64,000 bases of DNA from an uncultured Myxococcales bacterium (lineage in GTDB: Bacteria > Myxococcota_A > UBA9042). Below the pieces are notes generated by a model. The model did not search any database, was not told the DNA's origin, and worked only from the letters and a program-made list of their open reading frames with translations. Positions 56,366-64,000 of this stretch are shown one piece after another. Each line of letters starts with the position of its first letter. Position 1 is the first letter of the stretch. Location of the stretch: assembly GCA_903924465.1 (NCBI GenBank), contig CAIYBN010000056.1, positions 1,291 through 65,290 of the forward strand. Direction: 5' to 3'. A program made the position numbers and the translations under genes.

Positions 56366-57928
56366 ATGACAGCGACCACGCTTCAGACCAAGAGCCAGAA
56401 GCACGATCTGCTGCCCAAAGGCAAACAGGTTGATCTGACGACGATTTCCAGCCCGGGTCGCTGGAAACCTGAGTTCGCCGTGCCGTTCAACCAACGGCAG
56501 CTTGGCAGCAAGATTCTGATCACCAACGACATGGGCGATTGGGATCTGCTGAGCCGCGAGGAATTCCGCGACTTCATCGAAGGCAAGCCGCAGCCGGGCG
56601 AGCCGCTGTATGAACGACTGAAGACCCACAATTTCATCGCCAAGGAAATCGACATCACGGCGCAGGCCGAGCGGTGGAAGCGCAAGAAGCAATACCTGTT
56701 TTACGGTCCGACGCTGCACGCGTTTGTGCTCACGCACCGCTGCAATCACGGCTGCCAGTATTGCCACAGCTCGATCGTCGGCATGGAGCGGACCGACACG
56801 GACATGTCGATCGAGACCGCCGAGCGTGCCGTCGATCTGGTGTTCCAGACCACGAGTCCAGGCATCACGATTGAGTTCCAGGGCGGCGAGCCGACCGCGA
56901 ACTGGGAAGTGTTGCAGCACGTCGTCGAATACGCGCGGCAGAAGAACGCGTTGGCCAACAAGGCGCTGTCATTCGCATTGGTCACGAACTTGTCGCTGAT
57001 GGACGACGAGAAGATGGAGTACCTGCTGGACCGCAAGGTGCAGATTTGCACCAGCTTGGACGGTCCGGAGGATTTGCACAACAAGATCAGGATCTTCAAG
57101 GACGGCAACAGCCACGCGAACTTGATGCACTGGATCAAGCGCATCAACGACCGCTACGGCGAGCTGGGCTTGGATACAAACCTCTACCGCGTGGAAGCGC
57201 TGCCGACGATCACCAAGCCGGGCTTGCACCGGTGGAAGGAAATCGTCGACACGTACGTGGAAGCGGGCTGCAAAGCGGTGTTCCTGCGCAAGCTCGACCC
57301 GTTCGGCTTCGCAGAGCGCACGGCCAAGACGCTGGGCTATTCGATGGACGACTTCCTGGAGTTCTATGCGCATGCCGTGGACTACATCATCGAGCTGAAC
57401 CGCAACGGCACGCAGGTGATGGAGCGGCATGCATCGATCATGCTGAACAAGATTCTGGCCGATCAGGAGCCCAACTACCTGGACCTGCGCACGCCCGGTG
57501 GCGCATGCATCGGCCAGCTGGGCTACGCGCCCGACGGTGGCGTGTATTCGAGTGACGAAGGCCGGTTTGTCGCCGCAATGGGCGATGACATGTTCCGGAT
57601 TGGCACGGTCGAGGACACGTACCACCAGTTGATGACGAACGCGCAGACCCGCGCGATCGTCATGGCGGGCTTGAACGACGCGCAGCCGGATTGCGTCAGC
57701 TGTGTCTACAAGCCGTGGTGCGGCCAGCAGGTCGAGTACAACTACAAGACGCAAGGGTCGTTGCACGGCCACATGCGCGACTCGGTGTGGTGCAAGAAGC
57801 ACAAGTCGATTTTCGACTATTTGATGTACAAGCTGGAGAACGCCGACGAACGCGACATGGAGATGTTCCGCCGCTGGACGACGAACCGTCAGCTGGAACA
57901 CTTCCTTCAGGAGCGCGCGCCGCTGTGA
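56366..57928 (+). CDS. hxsB: His-Xaa-Ser system radical SAM maturase HxsB
   Basis: THRCNHGCQYCH, IEFQGGEP, YLDLRTPGGA, VYSSDEGR, CVSCVYKPWCG; N-terminal LITNDMGD peptide-recognition-like region. Confidence 0.88.
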   Translation: MTATTLQTKSQKHDLLPKGKQVDLTTISSPGRWKPEFAVPFNQRQLGSKILITNDMGDWDLLSREEFRDFIEGKPQPGEPLYERLKTHNFIAKEIDITAQAERWKRKKQYLFYGPTLHAFVLTHRCNHGCQYCHSSIVGMERTDTDMSIETAERAVDLVFQTTSPGITIEFQGGEPTANWEVLQHVVEYARQKNALANKALSFALVTNLSLMDDEKMEYLLDRKVQICTSLDGPEDLHNKIRIFKDGNSHANLMHWIKRINDRYGELGLDTNLYRVEALPTITKPGLHRWKEIVDTYVEAGCKAVFLRKLDPFGFAERTAKTLGYSMDDFLEFYAHAVDYIIELNRNGTQVMERHASIMLNKILADQEPNYLDLRTPGGACIGQLGYAPDGGVYSSDEGRFVAAMGDDMFRIGTVEDTYHQLMTNAQTRAIVMAGLNDAQPDCVSCVYKPWCGQQVEYNYKTQGSLHGHMRDSVWCKKHKSIFDYLMYKLENADERDMEMFRRWTTNRQLEHFLQERAPL

Positions 57929-57989
57929 TTCTGGCTGCAGCGCGCTGTTTTCGCGCGCGCAGGTAAGGAGACCGCCGCGCGGCCTCCTC

Positions 57990-58009
57990 GGATTCTGCAA
58001 GCAGAATCC
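57990..58009. repeat. Perfect inverted repeat after hxsB (terminator or operator candidate)
   Basis: GGATTCTGC-AA-GCAGAATCC; no U-tract. Confidence 0.45.
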
Positions 58010-58027
58010 TCACCTCCAGCGGGGGCG

Positions 58028-59110
58028 ATGCGCCCCTTTTGGAACGGCATGCTTCTCGGCGCGAAGACTCCAGGTCTCGAAATCCTCAGTGTCCATCGCA
58101 GGATGGCCGTGCATGCGCTCGGTCACGGTCGCGTGTGGGCCAGCCGCGGCGGCAATCTCTACACGCGGGCAATCCGCGGTGGGCCGTGGCTGTTGCAGGG
58201 GCGCCTGCCGGAGCCCGCCTGGCAGCGACTGGTCGGCCGTTCCACCGCGGTCGGTCAAGCCCTGCGCCTCGGCATCCACGGGATCGTGCCGCTGTCCGAT
58301 GGCGCCCAAGTCGTCGTTGCGACCGGCCGGCTGTGGCGCTTGCAGGAAGGGCGCTGGCACGAAGCACTGCGTTTTGACTTCCGCAAACCGGCGCGGCTCG
58401 GCATGCTGCGCACCACCGATGGTGCCGTTTTCTGCGCCGAATACGCGCTCAATCCGCACCGCGACCGGGCGATTCGCCTGTGGCGCTCGGACGACGACGC
58501 CCGCACCTTCCGACAGGTCTTTGCATTTCTGGCCGGGCAAGTCCGGCACATCCATTTCATCCAGCAGGATCCAGTGGACGGCTCGCTGTGGCTCGGCACC
58601 GGCGATCGCGATACCGAGAGCGGGCTCTGGCGCTCGACGGATCTCGGCGAGAGCTGGAACGTCATCGGCCGGGGCGACCAGCGTTGGCGGGCCATCGGGC
58701 TGGCCTTCTTGCCCGACGCGGTCATCTGGGGCACGGACGCCGGCAGCGACGCCGGGCCATTTCGCAACATTGCGCTGCGCTGGGATCGGCAAACGCAGAC
58801 GCTGGTCGAACTGGGCGCGCTGCAAGGTCCGGTCCACGGCGTCACTGCGCTGCAGGATGGCACGGTTCTTTTGGCCACCGGGTGTGAAGGCGGCATCAAC
58901 GAGGCAGACCGCCGCGTGCACGTGTGGGCCCTCCGCGCAGGCCAAGCGCCGAAAGAATGCGCGCATTTCGCCGCGGGTCTTCAGCCCAAGCGCGCGCAAT
59001 ACCCGGTCATGCACTTTGCCCAAAGTCAGGAGCTGGGCGAGCGGGTCTGGCTCATCGGCCGCGGCCTTTTGGCTGGCGCGGTGATCAGCATGGAAGTGGC
59101 GCTGCGCTGA
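58028..59110 (+). CDS. BNR/Asp-box beta-propeller (sialidase-like) protein; start uncertain
   Basis: WRSDDDARTF and WRSTDLGESW Asp-boxes; RHIH; GTGD; WGTD. Confidence 0.7.
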   Translation: MRPFWNGMLLGAKTPGLEILSVHRRMAVHALGHGRVWASRGGNLYTRAIRGGPWLLQGRLPEPAWQRLVGRSTAVGQALRLGIHGIVPLSDGAQVVVATGRLWRLQEGRWHEALRFDFRKPARLGMLRTTDGAVFCAEYALNPHRDRAIRLWRSDDDARTFRQVFAFLAGQVRHIHFIQQDPVDGSLWLGTGDRDTESGLWRSTDLGESWNVIGRGDQRWRAIGLAFLPDAVIWGTDAGSDAGPFRNIALRWDRQTQTLVELGALQGPVHGVTALQDGTVLLATGCEGGINEADRRVHVWALRAGQAPKECAHFAAGLQPKRAQYPVMHFAQSQELGERVWLIGRGLLAGAVISMEVALR

Positions 59111-59160
59111 ACATGGCGCTGTGCGGTGGATGTGGCACACTGCCCGCGGGAGGTGCTGCC

Positions 59161-60477
59161 ATGGCTTATCGCGCCGTTGAAATCATTGCCAGCAAGCGCG
59201 ACGGACGCACGCTCTCCGGCGATGAGATTCGCTGGCTGATCGCAGGATTCACCGACGGCAGCGTGCCCGACTACCAAATGGCGGCGTTTGCCATGGCTGT
59301 GTTCTGGCGTGGCATGGTGCCGGACGAAACGGCCGCGCTGTTGGACGCCATGGAACGGTCCGGCGACGTCGTCCGCTGGCCGAACCTCGCGTGGCCGACC
59401 GCTGACAAACACTCGACTGGTGGCGTCGGCGACAAGGTCTCCATCCCGCTGGCGCCAGCTGTCGCGGCGTGTGGCGTCGCCGTTCCGATGATTTCCGGCC
59501 GCGGCCTGGGGCACACCGGCGGCACGCTCGACAAACTCGAGTCCATTCCCGGTTTCAACGTGCACCTTGACCTCGCGGCTTTTGACCAGATGGTGCGGCA
59601 AATCGGCGTCAGCTTGATTGGCCAAACGGACCGTCTGGTGCCCGCGGACAAGAAGCTCTACGCGCTGCGCGATGTGACGGCGACCGTGGAGAGCATTCCG
59701 TTGATTACCGCGTCGATCCTGTCGAAGAAGTTGGCGGAGGGCGTCGGTGCCTTGGTCATGGACGTCAAGGTGGGCTCCGGCGCGTTCATGAAGGACCGCA
59801 CTTCCGCGCTGGCGCTCGCGCGCTCGCTCGTGGACGCTGGCACTGCCGCAGGCCGCAAAGTGACGGCTTTCCTGACGGCGATGGACCGACCGCTGGGCAC
59901 GCACATCGGCAATGCGCTGGAGATCGCGGAGTCCATCGAAATCCTGCATGGCCGCGGGCCGACCGACACCCGCGAATTGACCGTGCGTCTGGGCGGCGAA
60001 ATGCTGCGCCTGTGCGGTGTCGCGACGACATTGGCCGCCGGCGAGTCGGCGATTGCGGCCGCCCTGGACGACGGCCGCGCGCTGGCGAAATTCCGCGCGC
60101 TGGTGGCTGCCCAAGGAGGCGATCCGCACGTCTGCGATGCGCCGCACGACGTCCTGCCCCAAGCGCCGCTGGTGACGCCCCTGCTGGCGTGGCAGGACGG
60201 CATCGTCCAGCGGATGGATGCCTGGGACATTGGCGTCGCGGCGGTCCATCTTGGCGCGGGGCGCAATACTGCGGCGGACGCGGTCGATCCAGCGGTCGGA
60301 TTTGTGCTGGCCAAGAAACCTGGAGATCGCGCGCGCGCGGGTGAACCGCTCGTGTACGTGCACGCGCGCACGGAGGCGCAAACGCGCGCGGCGTTGACAG
60401 AATTGCGGGGCGCAATCGCGCTGGGCGCCGAAGCCCCGACGTTGCTACCGCTTTGGTTGGACGTCGTCACCGCGTAA
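59161..60477 (+). CDS. pdp: Pyrimidine-nucleoside / thymidine phosphorylase
   Basis: KRDG, DYQMAA, DKHSTGGVGDK, SGRGLGHTGGTLDKLES, RDVTATV. Confidence 0.95.
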   Translation: MAYRAVEIIASKRDGRTLSGDEIRWLIAGFTDGSVPDYQMAAFAMAVFWRGMVPDETAALLDAMERSGDVVRWPNLAWPTADKHSTGGVGDKVSIPLAPAVAACGVAVPMISGRGLGHTGGTLDKLESIPGFNVHLDLAAFDQMVRQIGVSLIGQTDRLVPADKKLYALRDVTATVESIPLITASILSKKLAEGVGALVMDVKVGSGAFMKDRTSALALARSLVDAGTAAGRKVTAFLTAMDRPLGTHIGNALEIAESIEILHGRGPTDTRELTVRLGGEMLRLCGVATTLAAGESAIAAALDDGRALAKFRALVAAQGGDPHVCDAPHDVLPQAPLVTPLLAWQDGIVQRMDAWDIGVAAVHLGAGRNTAADAVDPAVGFVLAKKPGDRARAGEPLVYVHARTEAQTRAALTELRGAIALGAEAPTLLPLWLDVVTA

Positions 60478-60491
60478 TCATCGAGGCACCT

Positions 60492-61643
60492 ATGGCAGAG
60501 CCCATGCAGTATGTCAGCGGCACGGCGATGGCCCTCTCCGAGTTGCCAGAGAGGATTCAACCGTATCTGGCCCCGACTTCTCCCGTCGCGACGCGCTTGC
60601 GCGCAGCTGCCGGCACGTTGCCGTTGCCCCCGGATCAGCTGATCACGGTGCTGCTGTTCCTGAGCCAGGACAGCGACGAGCTGGTGCAGAAGAAAGCGAC
60701 CGCGGCGCTTCTGGAAATGCCCGCCGATCTGACGCAACCGGTTTTGGCGCACTTGACATCCCCGGCGGGGCTGGACGCCGCGGTGCGTGTTTTTCGCCGG
60801 AACGACGAGATCGCCATCGAACTGGGCTCCAATCCCAGGACGGCCGACGACACGGTCCGCTGGCTGGCCGGCACGGCTTCGGCGAACGTCTGCGATGCCA
60901 TTGGCCGCAACCATGTCCGGGCGCTGCGCACGCCGGCGATCGTCGAGGCGCTGTGGCTGAATCCCAAGGCGTCGCAAGGTGTTGTGCAAGGACTGCTGGA
61001 ATTGGCCGTGCGCCAAAATCTGCCGCTGGAGCACATCGCCGGCTTTCGCGAGGTCAAGGCGATCCTGTCCGGCGAGGAAAAGGACGCTGAGCACGAGAAA
61101 GGCCTGTCCGACATCGAGTTTTCCCTGGCCATGGCTTGGGCGACGCAGAGCTACGAACGCGAATATGGCAGCACGACGCAGCCGCTGCCCGGTGATAACC
61201 ACAAGACAGAGGACGACAAGACGTCAACGCTGCAGACGCTCATTAGCAAGATGTCGGTGTCACAAAAGGTACGTCTGGCGATGGTCGGCGATGCCAATGT
61301 ACGCAAGTTGCTGATCCGCGACCCGAAAAAGTTGGTCGCACTCGCAGTCCTGCGGTCGCCGCGCATTTCCGAAGGCGAAGTGACGAATTTTGCCGGCAAC
61401 AAGTCGCTGTCGGAAGAACTGCTGACGGTCATTTGCCGCAACCGCAATTGGGTCAAGGACTACGCGACACGCAAAGCGCTCGTGTTCAATCCCAAGACGC
61501 CGATTACCTTCGCGATGACCTTCCTGCGCCAGCTTTCCCCCAAGGACTTGAAAGACGCGTCCGGCAGTCGCGACGTCAACCAGACGGTCGCCCGCACAGC
61601 CAAGCGGATGATTGCCGACAAGGCGGATAAGCATAAGTCGTAG
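60492..61643 (+). CDS. Conserved helical-repeat hypothetical protein of deltaproteobacteria
   Basis: ISKMSVSQKVRLAMVGD..R.LLIRDPKKLV..AVL.SPRI..E, NPKTP. Confidence 0.8.
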   Translation: MAEPMQYVSGTAMALSELPERIQPYLAPTSPVATRLRAAAGTLPLPPDQLITVLLFLSQDSDELVQKKATAALLEMPADLTQPVLAHLTSPAGLDAAVRVFRRNDEIAIELGSNPRTADDTVRWLAGTASANVCDAIGRNHVRALRTPAIVEALWLNPKASQGVVQGLLELAVRQNLPLEHIAGFREVKAILSGEEKDAEHEKGLSDIEFSLAMAWATQSYEREYGSTTQPLPGDNHKTEDDKTSTLQTLISKMSVSQKVRLAMVGDANVRKLLIRDPKKLVALAVLRSPRISEGEVTNFAGNKSLSEELLTVICRNRNWVKDYATRKALVFNPKTPITFAMTFLRQLSPKDLKDASGSRDVNQTVARTAKRMIADKADKHKS

Positions 61644-61675
61644 CCAGTCCAGGCCTGGTCGATTCGGCGTTGCCA

Positions 61676-63316
61676 TCACTCAGGCTTGTCGAGTTCGCCC
61701 GCCGTCACCGCTTCCGCAATCACGTCCGCCAGCAGCGCCGTCTCGCCACAGGTCTCCTTGTCCTCGGCCCGGAACGGTCGGCCGTCCAGGCAGTGCCGGT
61801 CGGCCAATTGCAACGGCAGGTAGCCGCTGCCGCCGCGCGCCAGATAGTCCAGCGTGGCCAGAGTGTAGCGTTTGCCCGGCACAAGCGCCTGGCCACCGAC
61901 GGTCACATCCTGCGCCCGCTCGCCCGCCTGCTCGATCGCCACGGGTTTGTTGTCCACGTATGTGTAGCGCGCCGGCGTCCGCGACACGTCGCAGCGCATG
62001 TGCACGCCCCACACGATGCTGTTGGCGCCATGCTCCTGGGTCTGCGCGTGGCCGCAAGCATGCTCCAGGACATCGTGCAGTTGCTGACCCGTCAGCGTCA
62101 CCAGCACGACGCGGTTGCGAAACGGGTGGATCGCGGAGACCTCGAGATTGGTCACCGCCCCCGGCGGGTAGATCATGTGGCTGCGGAAACCGCCGGTGTT
62201 CAAGAGCCCGCCGTCGACGTGCTGCTTGCTCACGCGCTCCGCATACTGCGCCACGGCCCGGGTCGCCCGCACTGCATACTGGGAGTGGGCAATGTCCATC
62301 ACATCCCAAGCGTAATCGCGCTTGCCAATCACCCGCTCCGGCACCAGCGCGGCGAGCAGCTTGTCCGTCTGCGCGACGAGCGCCGCATCGGCCTGATAGG
62401 ACTGCGGCGCGGTAAGATCATAGGTCGTTTGGTCGTTCAGATGGCCGTCCGGCGACACCGCCAAGTCGATGCGTCCCAGTCGGTCGAAGCGGGCGCCCGT
62501 TTGAGTAATCCAGGTCGGTCCGACATGAATGGCTTGCTCCAAACGGGTATGCGAATGGCCGCCGACAATCACGTCGATCCCGTGCACGTCGCCAGCCAGC
62601 TTGCGGTCGTCATCCACGCCGAGATGGGACAGCAACACGACGATCTCCGCGCCTTGTTGGCGCAACGCCGCGATGCTCGCCCGCGCGCTGTCTTCGAGCG
62701 GCCGCAGCTTGACGTCGCCGAGATCCGAAATCGTCCGTGTGCTCGGCGTCAACAGGCCGAACAGCCCAACTTTGACGCCACCGCAATCCGCCATCGCCGT
62801 CGCGCCGAACAGGCCTTGCGGATGGCCTGCATCGACCGGGTCGAGCGCACCGCCCACGCCATCGACATTCGCTGCCAGCAGCCGGAACTGATGCAGTCCT
62901 TGTAGCGCGCGCCTTACGACCTTGGGACCATTGTCGAATTCGTGATTTCCAAAGACGGCAAAGTCGTAACCCGCCGCCTCGTAGAGCGGCCAATTTTCCG
63001 CCGCGGCGCGTGCGCGATCGCCGTCCTGACGTTCCAGGAAACGACCTTGCAGTACGTCGCCGCCCTCCAGCAACAGCACGCCGCCGGGCCGCGACTCCAG
63101 CGCCGCCTTTTTGGCCGTGGCGATGCGCGCCAGCGGGTAGGCATAGCTCAGCTTGCCGTCCGCGGCGCGCGTGGCGCCATCGAAGTTGGATTCGCTGTCG
63201 TTGGTCGTCAGCAGCAAACAGCGCCGCACCGGTGCCGACGCGGACGACGCCGCGGTCGTTTGCGTCGCACCGCAAGCCAGCGTGAACAACACCAAAAGAA
63301 TCCACAAACTTCGCAT
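61676..63316 (-). CDS. Bifunctional metallophosphatase / 5'-nucleotidase lipoprotein
   Basis: Lipobox LAC, TND, GD, GNHEFD, LSHLG, GGHSH, NTGGFR, HPFRN. Confidence 0.9.
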   Translation of the reverse strand: MRSLWILLVLFTLACGATQTTAASSASAPVRRCLLLTTNDSESNFDGATRAADGKLSYAYPLARIATAKKAALESRPGGVLLLEGGDVLQGRFLERQDGDRARAAAENWPLYEAAGYDFAVFGNHEFDNGPKVVRRALQGLHQFRLLAANVDGVGGALDPVDAGHPQGLFGATAMADCGGVKVGLFGLLTPSTRTISDLGDVKLRPLEDSARASIAALRQQGAEIVVLLSHLGVDDDRKLAGDVHGIDVIVGGHSHTRLEQAIHVGPTWITQTGARFDRLGRIDLAVSPDGHLNDQTTYDLTAPQSYQADAALVAQTDKLLAALVPERVIGKRDYAWDVMDIAHSQYAVRATRAVAQYAERVSKQHVDGGLLNTGGFRSHMIYPPGAVTNLEVSAIHPFRNRVVLVTLTGQQLHDVLEHACGHAQTQEHGANSIVWGVHMRCDVSRTPARYTYVDNKPVAIEQAGERAQDVTVGGQALVPGKRYTLATLDYLARGGSGYLPLQLADRHCLDGRPFRAEDKETCGETALLADVIAEAVTAGELDKPE

Positions 63317-63319
63317 CGA

Positions 63320-63973
63320 CTACCCTTTGCTGCGTGCTTCCGGGCCGAGCCCGGCTTTCTTCCGCGCGTCCAGCAGCCGAACCAGATCCGGCGCCGGCAG
63401 CGTCGTCACCCGGCCGATCTGCATCGCCCGCAGCTGAATCGCCGCCAGATGCTCGAGTAGCTCCGCGCGGAGATAGGCCTGCTCCAGGTCGTCACCCCAA
63501 GCCAGCACGCCGTGGTTGCCCAAGGTGAGGGCGTCGTGGATGCGCGCGGCTTCCTGCAGTTGCGCGATTTGCTCGGCACTCTGCGGAAACCTATACGGCA
63601 GCAGCGGAATCTCGGCGCCCAGCGACACCACGGCTTCCGCCAGCATCTTCGGCTCGATCGCCACGCCCGCGACCGCCAGCGCCGTCGCGTTGGGCGCGTG
63701 CGTATGCACCACCGCGCGCACGTCCGGCCGAACGGCATAAATCGCCCGATGCAGCTTGATCTCCGAAAATGGCCGACGGCCGCCCTGCAGCACGCGGTCC
63801 CGGGCATCGAGCACGATCAGGTCGTTCTCCGTCAGCGCGCGCTTGGACATCGCGGTCGGCGTCGCCAGCAAATGCTCGCCGGGCAGCCGCAGCGTCACGT
63901 TGCCGTCGTGATTCGCCACCCAGCCGCGGGTGTGCAGCTCCTGGGCGATCGCCAGAAGCTGACGCCGCGCCAT
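63320..63973 (-). CDS. Class II aldolase/adducin family protein (may extend beyond the window)
   Basis: DGN, TPT, SEIKLH, VVHTHAP, NHG. Confidence 0.9.
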   Translation of the reverse strand: MARRQLLAIAQELHTRGWVANHDGNVTLRLPGEHLLATPTAMSKRALTENDLIVLDARDRVLQGGRRPFSEIKLHRAIYAVRPDVRAVVHTHAPNATALAVAGVAIEPKMLAEAVVSLGAEIPLLPYRFPQSAEQIAQLQEAARIHDALTLGNHGVLAWGDDLEQAYLRAELLEHLAAIQLRAMQIGRVTTLPAPDLVRLLDARKKAGLGPEARSKG

Positions 63974-64000
63974 CGCCAGCGTCGGTTCACCCAGATGGAA

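Noticed and set aside
58028-59110. Beta-propeller gene as part of the Hxs system
   Set aside because: It is separated by hairpins and no functional link is evident, though co-transcription cannot be excluded.

Overview
GC-rich bacterial window, most likely Myxococcota (MYXO-CTERM-like tag, TPR/Cys-rich lipoprotein pairs, bacterial TSP3-type and MopE-like repeat proteins). Positions 1-4300 look like the edge of an accessory island: a complete IS21 element (177-2939, 7-bp target duplication CATAGAT) splits a zinc-ribbon membrane gene, next to an XRE regulator and a small KGG/histone-H1-like gene. Most of the rest is housekeeping: dbpA, srkA, gap-pgk-tpiA-secG-dapD, an ArsA/M16/M16/HD operon, kdpDE, serS, a Hcy-methyltransferase/MTHFR fusion, eno, dtd, mutL, psuG, pdp and a 5'-nucleotidase. 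The strongest candidates for undescribed biology are: (1) a non-coding array of 30-bp spaced palindromes repeating every 43 bp (46537-46775) that starts at the stop codon of an uncharacterised all-helical protein and is followed by a strongly structured element; (2) a His-Xaa-Ser (Hxs)-type radical SAM operon (HxsC-like, two HxsD-like, HxsB) with no visible HxS-repeat precursor, plus a B12-type/double radical SAM fusion about 12 kb away; (3) a ~2000-aa Ca-binding repeat protein in which an internal MYXO-CTERM-like tag is followed by a second signal-like segment and a beta-barrel. All family calls come from motif recognition by eye; no searches were run.
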